From assembly GCA_043754535.1 (NCBI GenBank), contig JAYUUN010000128.1, positions 109,100 through 173,099 of the forward strand: a stretch of DNA of 64,000 nucleotides. Reading direction: 5' to 3'. The stretch comes from Chloroflexota bacterium. Its GTDB lineage: Bacteria > Chloroflexota > Chloroflexia > QHBQ01. The notes beneath the pieces were generated by a model. It was not told the origin of the DNA. It did not search any database and worked only from the letters and a program-made list of their open reading frames with translations. A program made the translations under genes and the position numbers. Shown one piece after another: positions 20,904 to 32,500 of the stretch (within the stretch, counting starts at the first letter, position 1; every line of letters begins with the position of its first letter).

Positions 20904-20958
20904 AAGGATTGTAAAGTCTATGTAAAATGCAGGGCAAGGAGACAGTCAACCAGACTCT

Positions 20959-23136
20959 ATGAACGTGCTTACCAATCTCTGGCGACGGCGGCCACGTCTA
21001 ATCGTCGGCCTCGGCTACACTGCCTTCCTCCTGTTCTTCGCCCTACTGGCCCTCTATCCAGTCTCCAGCCATCCTGGCGACCACCTCTCCGACTACTACG
21101 ACTCGCTCGATAGTGCCTGGCGGCTCTGGTGGCCGACGCACGGCTTCAGCCAGCAACTCAGCCATCCATTCGACGCTAACATCTTCTATCCCTTCCACAA
21201 GACGATGATGTTCGACGAACTACTCTTTGGCGAGACGCTGCTTGCGCTGCCAGTCTACCTGCTGGGCGGCACCCCTGTGCTGGCGGTCAACTGGATCAAG
21301 CTGCTAAACTTTCTACTGGCAGGCTGGGGGATGTATGCTCTCGCTCGCCAATGGACGGGCAGCCGCGTGGCGGGCGTGGTAGCGGGGACGCTATACGCCT
21401 TCAGTGCCTACCGCTTCCTGCACGTGGGGCATCTTGGCATTGGCAATGTGGGCTGGCTGCCGCTGATCGTCTTTGCCCTCGACCGACTGCTCCGCAGCGG
21501 CGGGCGTAGCTGGCGATGGGCGGCGGCCCTGGCCGGGTTGTTGACCATGCAGGTGTTGTCGGGCCAGAACGTCAGCTACTTCGCGGCCATGCTAGTGATT
21601 GCCTACCTGCTGTTCGCCCTGACCCAGCCAGAGTTGCGCCGGGTGCTGCTAACCTGGGGCTGCGTAATGCGCCTGGCCGCCGCTGCTGGCGTAGCCCTCC
21701 TGCTCACCTACCCCTTCATCACCGCCTACTTCCAGGTACAGCAGGCTTACCACTTCAACCGCCCAATGATAGAAATCTACCAGCTCTCGGCCAACCTCAA
21801 GAGCCTGTTGGCTGCCCCGGTTAGTGCGACCTGGTTGCGCCAGCTAACCGCACCTTTTGCTGGCACCAGCATTGCTGACTACGAACGTAGCCTCTTTCCC
21901 GGCTTCGTGCCACTGCTACTGCTGCCCTTTGCTGCTTTGCGCTTCCGTCGCTGGCAATTTGGTGGCTTCCTGCTGATCCTAGCTGCCAGCGGGCTGATCC
22001 TCTCGCTCGGCCCGCACCTGATGTTTGATTACTCAGACTCGGCGGCCAAGGCCCACCCAGAGCGGGGCTTTCCCCTCCCCTACCTCCTACTGCTCAAGTT
22101 CGTACCGGGGCTGACCGCCATGCATGGAGTGGCCCGCATCTTTGTGCTGACCACCTTCGCCCTCAGTCTGCTCGGTGGCTGGGCTGTAGCCCACCTCTAC
22201 CAGCGGCTACACGATGGCAACAACCGACAGGGCCGCCCGCGCTACCTGCTGGCAGCCTTTGTACCACTGCTGGTAGTGGGCCTGGCCCTCTTTGAGCAAC
22301 TTAGCCCCGCTGCGGGAGACATCCCAATGCCAACTGGTAAGCAGGTGCCACCGGTCTACACTGCCTTGCGCCAGCAACCAGCGGGCGGCACCCTGGAGTT
22401 CCCCTACCTGGTTTACAGCGGCGGCAGCTTCGTGCTTTCCAACTACTACCAATACTTCAGCGTCTACCACCAGCAGCGGATCGTTAACGGCAACTTCGCC
22501 AGCCTGCTGCCCTCTGGTCTCGAAGCGATCAAGCTGCCAATGCGCGACGAGTTCCCCACTGCCAGGCTGATCGACCTGCTGCGTGGCCTCGGTGTGCGCT
22601 ACCTGGTCGTCCACCACGACCTGCTGACCGACCGCCAGCGGTTGCGCTTCAGCGATCCGCTGGTGAGCAGCGAGCTTGAGCAAATTGGTAGCTACGATAG
22701 CACGAATGAGCCAGCCTTCTTCCACAAGTACGACCCCGGCCCACCGATTACCGACACGGCGATCCTCAGCCGCCTGCCCAAAGGTGACGCGCTGTTCCGC
22801 ATCAAAGACAGTCAGAACTCGATGCTCAAACTCAAGGAGCTAATACCAAAGGGCAGCAGGGTTTACACCTCCAACGCCCGCCGCAACCGTGGCGAGGTAT
22901 ACATGGCGGTGGTGGGTACGCTGCTGGCCGAGCAAGGCTACAAAGTAAAAGGCTATGGCAAGTTCAACTTCGGTCAACGCATCAGCAAGGACAAGCCAGA
23001 AGATCACTACGACTACGCCATCCTCTACGCCGATGAGAACCCCGCCAAGTTTATCCATGGTAAACTAGCACTCCGCTGGACGCTAGAGTGGACGGCACAC
23101 AATGGCATCAAGCTGTACCAGGTGGCCGATAAGTAG
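20959..23136 (+). CDS. Polytopic membrane protein, GT-C/YfhO-like glycosyltransferase
   Basis: Many TM segments; FDANIFYP; YAFSAYR; C-terminal GVRYLVVH external domain. Confidence 0.7.
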   Translation: MNVLTNLWRRRPRLIVGLGYTAFLLFFALLALYPVSSHPGDHLSDYYDSLDSAWRLWWPTHGFSQQLSHPFDANIFYPFHKTMMFDELLFGETLLALPVYLLGGTPVLAVNWIKLLNFLLAGWGMYALARQWTGSRVAGVVAGTLYAFSAYRFLHVGHLGIGNVGWLPLIVFALDRLLRSGGRSWRWAAALAGLLTMQVLSGQNVSYFAAMLVIAYLLFALTQPELRRVLLTWGCVMRLAAAAGVALLLTYPFITAYFQVQQAYHFNRPMIEIYQLSANLKSLLAAPVSATWLRQLTAPFAGTSIADYERSLFPGFVPLLLLPFAALRFRRWQFGGFLLILAASGLILSLGPHLMFDYSDSAAKAHPERGFPLPYLLLLKFVPGLTAMHGVARIFVLTTFALSLLGGWAVAHLYQRLHDGNNRQGRPRYLLAAFVPLLVVGLALFEQLSPAAGDIPMPTGKQVPPVYTALRQQPAGGTLEFPYLVYSGGSFVLSNYYQYFSVYHQQRIVNGNFASLLPSGLEAIKLPMRDEFPTARLIDLLRGLGVRYLVVHHDLLTDRQRLRFSDPLVSSELEQIGSYDSTNEPAFFHKYDPGPPITDTAILSRLPKGDALFRIKDSQNSMLKLKELIPKGSRVYTSNARRNRGEVYMAVVGTLLAEQGYKVKGYGKFNFGQRISKDKPEDHYDYAILYADENPAKFIHGKLALRWTLEWTAHNGIKLYQVADK

Positions 23137-23151
23137 CCAAGGGCGGATCGC

Positions 23152-23952
23152 CTACTTGCTGCCAGCTGTTCCTTTGATTTCGCTGGCGCGGGCGCAGAGG
23201 CGCACGAAATCGTCAGCCTTGAGGCTGGCCCCACCGACCAACGCGCCGTCAATCTCTGGCTGGCGCATCAGTTCGTCAATGTTCTTTGGGGTAACGCTGC
23301 CACCATAGAGGATACGTACTGCCCCGCTGACGACTGGGCTGTAGAGTTGGCGCAACTGCCCCCGCAGGTAGCCGATGGTAACATTGGCATCTTCTGCTGC
23401 ACAGGCCACGCCGGTGCCAATTGCCCAGATTGGCTCGTAGGCGATCACGATCTCGCGGGCCTGGTGGGGGGGCAGGGAGTGCAGGGCTGCCGCCAGTTGC
23501 AAGCCGACGATGGTTGGGGTCTCGCCCGCCTGCCGCTGGGCCGCCGACTCGCCAACGCAGAGGATGGGAACTAGGTGGTGGGCGTAGGCAGCGCGCACCT
23601 TCTCGTTCACCGCCTCATCAGTCTCGCCGAAGTATTGCCGCCGCTCGCTGTGGCCGACGATCACGTAGTCGCACATCGTCTCAAGCATCAACGGCGAAAC
23701 CTCGCCAGTGAACGCGCCCGCGTCACTCTGGTGCATATTCTGCGCGCCGAGGAAGATTGTGCTACCCTCCACCAGGTCGGTCAGTGGGTAGAGGGCAACA
23801 AACGGGGGGCAGATGACCACATCCACCCCATCCAACGCTTCAAGGTCGTCAAGCATCTCCTCAACCAGGTCAATGGCCTCGTCTGCCGTCTTGTTCATCT
23901 TCCAATTGCCCGCGATCATGGGCGTGCGCTGCATAGCTGGTGCGGCCATCAT
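23152..23952 (-). CDS. tpiA: Triosephosphate isomerase
   Basis: AGNWKMN, GHSERR, AYEPIWAIGTG, LYGGSV, LVGGAS. Confidence 0.99.
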   Translation of the reverse strand: MMAAPAMQRTPMIAGNWKMNKTADEAIDLVEEMLDDLEALDGVDVVICPPFVALYPLTDLVEGSTIFLGAQNMHQSDAGAFTGEVSPLMLETMCDYVIVGHSERRQYFGETDEAVNEKVRAAYAHHLVPILCVGESAAQRQAGETPTIVGLQLAAALHSLPPHQAREIVIAYEPIWAIGTGVACAAEDANVTIGYLRGQLRQLYSPVVSGAVRILYGGSVTPKNIDELMRQPEIDGALVGGASLKADDFVRLCARASEIKGTAGSK

Positions 23953-25184
23953 ACTACTCCCGTGCTGAAGTCGGGGTCGGGATAGAGGTCTTGCAGCACT
24001 TGCACGCCGGGCAGTTCGATCCCTTCGAGAAACTCCAGGCTGGCCCCACCGCCAGTGCTGATGTGGCTGACCTGATCGGCAAGGCCCGCCTGTTCAATAG
24101 CGGCCACACTGTCACCGCCGCCAACCACGCTGTACGCGCCTGCCTTCGTTGCCGCCGCTACCGCCTTCGCCAGTTCCACCGTGCCAGCCGCGAAGTTGGG
24201 CATCTCAAACACGCCCATTGGCCCGTTCCAGACGATCATCTTGCTGCCAGCGAGGGCGGTGGCGTATTGCCCTACACTTTGCGGGCCAATGTCGAGGATG
24301 CGCCAGCCGTCTGGCACCGCATCGACCGCCACTATCTTGTGCGCCGCCTCATTGCTGAAGCTATCGGCGATCACCACATCGGTTGGCAGCAGGAACTGCA
24401 CTCCCTTCGCCGCCGCTTGCTTAAGTAGGTCGCTCGCCAGTTCCAGCTTGTCAGCTTCGAGCAGACTGTCACCGACGTTGTGGCCCTGGGCCTTGAGGAA
24501 GGTGTTCGCCATGCCGCCACCGATCAGGATGCTGTCTACCCGCTCTAGCAGGCTGGTGATCACCCCGATTTTGTCACTCACCTTAGCTCCACCAAGGATA
24601 GCGACGAAGGGGTGGCTGGGGTTTTCGAGCAGGCGGTTGAGGGCTTGCACCTCCTGATCCATCAGCAGGCCCGCCACGCTGGGCAGGTAGCTGGCGACCC
24701 CGACATTGCTAGCGGCCTGGCGGTGGGCGGTGCCGAACGCGTCATCCACAAAGAGGTCGCCGAGTTTGACCAGTTGGCGGGTGAAGATCGGGTCGTCAGC
24801 CTCCTCACCAGGGTAGAAGCGCAGGTTCTCCAACAGTATAATCTCGCCTAGCTTCATGTCGGCCACCGCGTCTAGCGCGCTCTGGCCGACCACTTCGGGG
24901 CTGAACTTGACTGGCTGGCCCAGGAGAGTGCTGAGGTGCTGCGCCACTGGCCCCAGGCTCAAGGCGGCCACAGGCTTCCCCTGGGGACGGCCCAGGTGCG
25001 ACATGAGAACCACCTTGCACCCCTTGTCCAGCAGGTACTTGATCGTGGGTAGACTGGCCTGGATGCGCGTGTCGTCGGTGATATTGCCCACCTTGTCCAT
25101 CGGCACGTTGAAGTCTACCCGCACCAGCACGCGCCGCCCCTTGAGGTTGACGTGCTTGATCGTCTTCTTCTCTCTCACAACCAT
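23949..25184 (-). CDS. pgk: Phosphoglycerate kinase
   Basis: RVDFNVP, SHLGRP, GGAKVSDK, HISTGGGASLE; start set after AAGGAG. Confidence 0.98.
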   Translation of the reverse strand: MVVREKKTIKHVNLKGRRVLVRVDFNVPMDKVGNITDDTRIQASLPTIKYLLDKGCKVVLMSHLGRPQGKPVAALSLGPVAQHLSTLLGQPVKFSPEVVGQSALDAVADMKLGEIILLENLRFYPGEEADDPIFTRQLVKLGDLFVDDAFGTAHRQAASNVGVASYLPSVAGLLMDQEVQALNRLLENPSHPFVAILGGAKVSDKIGVITSLLERVDSILIGGGMANTFLKAQGHNVGDSLLEADKLELASDLLKQAAAKGVQFLLPTDVVIADSFSNEAAHKIVAVDAVPDGWRILDIGPQSVGQYATALAGSKMIVWNGPMGVFEMPNFAAGTVELAKAVAAATKAGAYSVVGGGDSVAAIEQAGLADQVSHISTGGGASLEFLEGIELPGVQVLQDLYPDPDFSTGVV

Positions 25185-25324
25185 CTCCTTTGATGAAAGT
25201 GGCACCGCCTGCCTGATTGGCACTTACCTACGCTGGTATGTAGCAACTGGCTGGGCAGCAGGGTAGGACGTTGCGCCTTCCCCTACTGACCCAGCACTGG
25301 CTGTTGCCACAACTACCTGTTACT

Positions 25325-26443
<1,119 letters not shown>

Positions 26444-26515
26444 TTAGTAAAAGTTGAAAGGTCGTCGTACCTCTGGCCCTCTCCCGCAAGCTGAGGGGGA
26501 GCGAACCCTTGCTGC

Positions 26516-27910
26516 TCACGAACCCACCAGGGCGGGAGCGGCGTGCTGATCGTAGAGTTCGAGCAAGGTGCTGGCTAGCTGAGTCGGATTATGGCGCAGG
26601 GGATTGTCCTCGTTGACCACGGACGCACCGACAAAGGTTACGCCAGTCTCCCGCTGCCAGCGGTCGGCCTGCGCGGGGTCGAACAACACCGCCTGCACGC
26701 CCACATCCTTGACCGCCTGCCGCGAACTAGAGTCGCTGTTGACAATGCAGTAGTCTAGCACGCGCCTACCTGCGTGCCGCTGGATCGCCTGTACGTGGTC
26801 GAGCGCACTGTAGCCATCGGTCTCACCCGGCTGGGTGGCGACATTGCAGACATAAACCTTGAGGGCAGCAGAGTTGGCGACGGCGGCGGCAAGTGGCGCA
26901 ACCAGGAAGTTGGGGATCACGCTGGTGTAGAGGCTGCCCGGCCCCATCACGATCAGGTCGGCCTCGGCAATCGCTTGCAGCGACTCAGGGTAGCCCTCGG
27001 CATTGGTTGGCTCGGCAAAGACGCGCTTGATCGGCTGGCCCGCGTGGGGGATCGCCGACTCGCCGCGCACGATGCGCCCATCTGCCAGTTCTGCGCCAAT
27101 GTTGAGGTTGGTCAGGCTGCTGGGCAGCACTCGCCCCCGGATCGCCAACACGCGGGACGACTCGCGGATCGCGCCCTCGAAACCCTCCTCCGACAGCTTT
27201 GCCATAGCGACGATAAACAGGTTGCCAAAGCTGTGACCAGCCAACTGCCCCTCGGTAAAGCGATACTGGAACAGCTTACTGAGCATCTGCTCGTCGTCGG
27301 CCAGGGCAACCAGGTTGTTGCGAATGTCGCCGGGAGGGAGCATCCCAAACTCCTCGCGGATGCGCCCACTGCTGCCCCCATCGTCGGCCATAGTAACGAC
27401 GGCGGTCAGGTTGGCGGTGCGCCCCTTTAGGCCGCGCAGCATGGTGGGCATTCCTGTGCCTCCGCCAATGCAGACGATGCGCGGGCCGCTGTCCTCGGCC
27501 TGGCGGATGCGATAGTCGTAGATGATGTCCACCAACTGAGCCTTACCCAGCTTGCCGTTGGCTGAACCGTTGCCATTGGGGTGGCCACTGCCGTTGCTGA
27601 AGGTAGCTACCTCACGGTCGGCCATGCCGCGTACTGCCTCGACGACCGACCGAGTGGTCATCAGCAGGGCCAGCCCCGCCAGCGTCGCGCCAACGACGAT
27701 GATCAGCGGGACGCGGATCACATTGTCCATCCACTTGAGGCTAACCAAGTAGAAGATGGGTGAATTGAGGGCGAAGTCGGGGCTGGAGAGGAGGGCAGCC
27801 CGCAGGCCAATGCCGATGCCTGTGCCGATCACCAGCATCCCGACCGTCAGCAGTAGCAGCCAGCGTTTGATGTGCATCCCCGGCAGCAGCCAGCGCGATA
27901 GGTTACGCAT
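26516..27910 (-). CDS. yvcK: YvcK/GlmR family protein with N-terminal TM segments
   Basis: IGGGTG, ADDGGSSG, PPGDIRN, GPGSLYTS. Confidence 0.93.
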   Translation of the reverse strand: MRNLSRWLLPGMHIKRWLLLLTVGMLVIGTGIGIGLRAALLSSPDFALNSPIFYLVSLKWMDNVIRVPLIIVVGATLAGLALLMTTRSVVEAVRGMADREVATFSNGSGHPNGNGSANGKLGKAQLVDIIYDYRIRQAEDSGPRIVCIGGGTGMPTMLRGLKGRTANLTAVVTMADDGGSSGRIREEFGMLPPGDIRNNLVALADDEQMLSKLFQYRFTEGQLAGHSFGNLFIVAMAKLSEEGFEGAIRESSRVLAIRGRVLPSSLTNLNIGAELADGRIVRGESAIPHAGQPIKRVFAEPTNAEGYPESLQAIAEADLIVMGPGSLYTSVIPNFLVAPLAAAVANSAALKVYVCNVATQPGETDGYSALDHVQAIQRHAGRRVLDYCIVNSDSSSRQAVKDVGVQAVLFDPAQADRWQRETGVTFVGASVVNEDNPLRHNPTQLASTLLELYDQHAAPALVGS

Positions 27911-28001
27911 GATTATTCCTGTTGAGGCTCGCTATAATGAGACGGTGGGGAGAAGCTCTGGCGATGTGACTGCTGGTGGCTAATAGCCGCCCAGCCGGGT
28001 G

Positions 28002-28010
28002 ATTATACCA
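28002..28010 (-). promoter_or_regulatory. Extended -10 (TGGTATAAT) for yvcK-gap-pgk-tpiA
   Basis: Exact TGnTATAAT on the minus strand. Confidence 0.55.
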
Positions 28011-28172
28011 CATTTTGGCGCAGAGGATAGCAATCGGGCCGCACCAACCGCCCACCACCCTATCACCCCTACGAAGATGGTGGTATAGCAATTGATGGTA
28101 ACCTGGCAAGAAGGCAGGATTGCTGTTATCATAGCAGAGTAAGAGCAAAGTGAAAGTGAGGGGGCAGCGAGG

Positions 28173-29384
28173 ATGCAACGAACCAGGGAGCAGATCGAGG
28201 CGGTGGAGGAGCAGACGCTCGCGCCTTACGCGGAGAAGGCGAGCCGCTCACGGGGGCGCGCCTACCCAGAGGAGGAACACCCCTACCGCACCGCCTTCCA
28301 GCGTGACCGCGACCGCTGTGTACACACCAGTGCCTTCCGCGCTCTGGAGTACAAGACGCAGGTTTTCGTCAGCCTCAGTGGAGATTATTATCGTACCCGC
28401 TTGACCCATAGCATTGAGGTGTCTCTGGTTGCGCGCACGATAGCCCGCACCCTGAACGCCAACGAGGATTTGGCCGAAGTGCTGGCGATTGCCCACGACA
28501 TCGGCCACCCGCCCTTCGGCCACCAGGGTGAGTACAAGCTGGATGAGATGATGCAGCAGTATGGCGGAGGCCGCTTCGACCACAACGACCACAATCTGCA
28601 TATTTTGGAGAAGTTGGAGGAGCGGTATACTGCCTTTCGCGGCCTCAACCTGACCTATGAGGTGTTGGAAGGGCTGAACAAGCACCACCGCCCGGTCTTG
28701 GAGATTGAGGGCCGAACGGTGGAGGCGTGGCAGATCAGCATCGAGGGCCAGATCGCTGACCTTGCCGACGACATCACCTATAACGCGCATGACCTGGACG
28801 ACGGCTTGCACAGCGGTCTGCTGACCTGGGAGAGTATCCAGCAGGTGGCCCTCTGCCGCGAGATCATGGGGCGTGTCGGTACGGAGCTACCGAAACGCGG
28901 TGACGCTGACGAGATGCTGCGCTTCCAGGTTGTGCGTCAGGTGATCGACCACCAGGTAGCTGCCCTGCTAGACTGCGCTAGCGAGAAGCTAGATCGGGTG
29001 CAGCCCCAATCGCCCGACGAGGTACGGATGTGCGCGGAGAAGCTGATCGCCTTTGATGATGGGATGCGCCTCCAGCACCTTGAGCTAAAAGAGTTCCTGA
29101 TGGAGAACATGTACACCAGCCCCCAGGTGAAGAAGATGGCGGACAACGCGCGGATGGTGATCACCGACCTGTTCAACGCCTACATGGAGGATCACAGCCG
29201 CCTGCCCGCCAGGCAGCAGCGGCGCATCGAGACGGGCGACGAAGACGGTAACGGCGGGGCCGCTCGCGTCGTCTGCGACTACATCGCGGGGATGACCGAC
29301 CGCTTCGCCCTGATGGAACGCCATCGCATCACTGGCAAAGAGGTGATTTACGACATCCCGGCTAGCAACTGGCGGGAAGGTTAG
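28173..29384 (+). CDS. dgt: dGTP triphosphohydrolase (HD domain)
   Basis: FQRDRDR, KTQVF, RTRLTHS, HDIGHPPFGH, DYIAGMTD. Confidence 0.96.
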   Translation: MQRTREQIEAVEEQTLAPYAEKASRSRGRAYPEEEHPYRTAFQRDRDRCVHTSAFRALEYKTQVFVSLSGDYYRTRLTHSIEVSLVARTIARTLNANEDLAEVLAIAHDIGHPPFGHQGEYKLDEMMQQYGGGRFDHNDHNLHILEKLEERYTAFRGLNLTYEVLEGLNKHHRPVLEIEGRTVEAWQISIEGQIADLADDITYNAHDLDDGLHSGLLTWESIQQVALCREIMGRVGTELPKRGDADEMLRFQVVRQVIDHQVAALLDCASEKLDRVQPQSPDEVRMCAEKLIAFDDGMRLQHLELKEFLMENMYTSPQVKKMADNARMVITDLFNAYMEDHSRLPARQQRRIETGDEDGNGGAARVVCDYIAGMTDRFALMERHRITGKEVIYDIPASNWREG

Positions 29385-29483
29385 GGCAGCAGTAGCGGCA
29401 GAACCAGAACGCAACTTGACCCCACCCTCATTCGTTACACCCACAGCAGCCATGCGCCTGCGAGCATCTTTGTGATTGCAATG

Positions 29484-29492
29484 TGCTATAAT
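29484..29492 (+). promoter_or_regulatory. Extended -10 (TGCTATAAT)
   Basis: Exact TGnTATAAT upstream of 29545. Confidence 0.55.
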
Positions 29493-29544
29493 CAGCGGCA
29501 GCCATGCAGCAGCTTGCGCCTCGAAAGTAGGGCCAGACCGACCA

Positions 29545-32500
29545 ATGCCAGCCCTTCCCTTCCGCCCCACGCCCAGCAAGGGCAGGCGGGCGATCCTGTT
29601 CGCCCTGCTTGGTGCGATCCTGCTCGCCAGCCTCGCGGGGGTCGCTTACGCTGACAACTACCTCAATCGCGGGGTGGCCTGGGATGACGCGCCGCCTATG
29701 CCCTACACCAGCCTCAACCGTATGGGCATCAACACCAGCCTGCAAAACGAGGTGGAACCGACCAAGATCAAGCGCAACCTCGACCTGATCCGCGAAGGTG
29801 GCTTCAAGTGGATTCGCCAGACCTTTGCCTGGAACGATCTGGAGATCGATGGCAAAGGCGACTTTAGCGACCGTCGCAATCCCCAGCGGGTGCATAGCGC
29901 GTGGGACAAGTACGACTACATCGTGCAGTCTGCCCACTTGCGCGACATAGAGGTGATCGCCCGCCTCGACTCTACCCCAGCCTGGGCGCGGGTTGGTAGC
30001 GGGCAAGACACGGCAAAGTTCCTCAAAGGCCCACCCACCAACTACGAGGACTACGGCGATTTCGTCTACACTACCGTCCTCAAATATAGAGGGCAGATCA
30101 AATACTTCCAACTCTGGAACGAGCCGAACCTAGAGGGTGAGTGGGGTGGCCTGAAGATCAACCCCGCCGACTTTACCCGCCTGCTCAGGATCGGTTATCA
30201 GCGGGCCAAGCAAGCCAACCCCGACTGCGTGATCGTCATGCCTGGCCTTGCCCCTACCGACGGCCTCGACTACCCGATCAACATGAACGACATGAAGTTC
30301 TTGCAGGGGATGTACGATGCGGGCGCGAAGCCCTACTTCGACATCGCCAGCGTGATGATCTACGGCTTCGACGACCCGCCCGACAGCCACCGTCTCGAAT
30401 ATCGACGTATCAACTTCGCCCGCCCGATCCTCAGCCGCGAGGTGATGCTGCGTAATGGCGACGAGCGCAAGCCGGTTTGGGCCAGCGAGTACGCCTGGCT
30501 AGCCCTCGACCCCACCCTCGACAGCCAGCACACCTGGCCGCCCAGCCCGCAATACAACGGCAAGAAGACGATGTGGCTGGACGGCGTGAGCGAGCAGCAG
30601 CAGGCCGACTATCTGGTAGCCGGGTTTGAGCGGGCGCGGCGCGAGTGGCCCTGGATGGGCGTGATGTGCGTTTGGAAGCTGCGCGACCCCGACGCACCGC
30701 CGACCGAGCCAGCCACCTGGTTCGGCATTGTACGCCCCGACTTTAGCCCACGCCCTGCCTACTTCGCCCTGCAAACCTACGCAGCGAACGGCGGCAACGG
30801 CACCCTGGCTGGCACGGGCTACCACACCGCTGCCGACCCTGCCATCGATTACGGCGACGGCTGGCGGCGCGAACCGAACGGCGACATGATCGGCGACCCC
30901 GCTGCCGAGGCGACGATCAGTACCCTGATCGACGAATTCGCGCTAGATGCCAGCCCCGCTGCTGGCCTGAGCATGGAGCGCAAGCTGCTCAACAACCGCC
31001 AGACGATCACGCTCAAGGTTGGTAGCGCAGAGGTGCGGCTACGCGGCTTCAGCCTCGTGCGCCAGCAGCCAATGCTCACGCAGGTTGGCTGGACTGCTGC
31101 CTACCTGGTAGCGGCGGGCGGGCTGGCATTTAGTAGCTACGCGCTGCTACCCTGGCTGCTCTGGCTAGTGGATAGCCTGGGGGTGGTGCTGCTAGCCCTG
31201 CCGCGTCTGCTGTTGGCGGGGCTGCGGCGGAGACCGAGATCGCAGAGCAGCCAGCAAGGAGCAAGCGGGATGTTCAAGCGGATGATCTATACTCTCACGC
31301 GCCTGCTGCTACCACCTAGCAGCATCAACCCTGCCGTTGCCGCTCGTTATGGCGGCTCGCCAACGGGCTGGAGGCAGCGGCTGGCGAGCAGCGAACTGGC
31401 AGTGGGGATCGGGCTGGCAGCCAGCATCGCCCTGTTCTACCTGCCAAACACCCGCGCCGAGTACCTGTCAGACATTAACCCCTGGGGGCTGATCTTCGGC
31501 GCACTAGGCATCTTCTGCTTTGGCCTGGCGCGACCTGCCCTGCTGCTCACCGCGGTGGTTGCCCTAATCCCCCTCTACAATAACGCTAACATCGCCACTT
31601 ACACCAAGTTCATCGGCAAGTACAGCTTCCCAATTGCCGAAGTCTTGCTGCTGATCGCCGTCCTCGTGGTTGGCTTGCGCGGGCTGGCGAAGCTGGCCTT
31701 TGCCCGGTTTGCGCCGCGTAGCTGGCAAGCGATGGATGCGAAGGCGACCACGGTTATCCCCGCCATCCGCACCCCCTTTGCCCGCTTGCTCCTCTACCTG
31801 CGGGCAGATGCGTTCGCCCTCTTTGCCCTCGCCTGGCTGGCTGTCGGTGTCTTCAGCACCATCGTCGTTGCCAACCCTGCCTACCGAGGCGACAGCCTGC
31901 GCGAACTGCGTTGGACGATCATCGAGCCGGTCGTCTTCTACTTTCTCTACATCTACGTAGTGCGTAGCCAGCGCACTATCCTACGCGTGTTTGATGGGCT
32001 GGTGTTGGCGGCGGCTGCCGTCTCGCTCTACGGCATCTACCAGCTTACCTTCGACGTGCGGACGGTGGCGGCGGGCGGCCTCAGCCGCGTCGTCTCCGTC
32101 TACCTACACCCCAACAATCTCGCCCTCTATCTTGGCCGCGTGTTGCCGCTGGCTGCCGCGCTCGCCCTCTACCTGCCACGTTTGCAGCAGACCCGCCGCA
32201 TCTTCTATGCCATCGCCTGCCTGCCGATCTTGGCGGCGATCACCCTCACCTTCTCACGGGGCGGCTGGTTGGGGGTGGCGGGGGCGTTGCTGCTGGTTGC
32301 GTTGCTCGGCTGGCGGTTTGTCTTTCGTGAGCGGATTGCGCGGCGCACCATGCTTGGCGTGGGTGGCGGTCTGGCCCTGCTAGCGGGTGGCGGCCTGCTG
32401 TTCGCTCTGCTGCGCGTGCGCGACCTTAGCAGCATAGGGCTGCGCGTCTACATCTGGGAGGGAGCGATCAAGATGCTGCGTGATCACCCCATCTTCGGCG

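Noticed and set aside
20594..20958. Riboswitch or ncRNA in long intergenic regions (also 48218-48518, 50780-51005, 60843-61115)
   Set aside because: Some hairpins, but no family consensus I can recognise; needs an Infernal/Rfam search
23949..23952. Possible Thermotoga-style pgk-tpi programmed frameshift fusion
   Set aside because: Ordinary ATGA overlap with its own GGAG RBS; no slippery run seen
25235..25315. Long imperfect hairpin between gap and pgk as a REP/MITE
   Set aside because: No second copy or target duplication seen; likely an mRNA stability or attenuation hairpin
28173..29384. dGTPase as an anti-phage system
   Set aside because: Canonical housekeeping-type dgt in a core-gene context, with no defence neighbours
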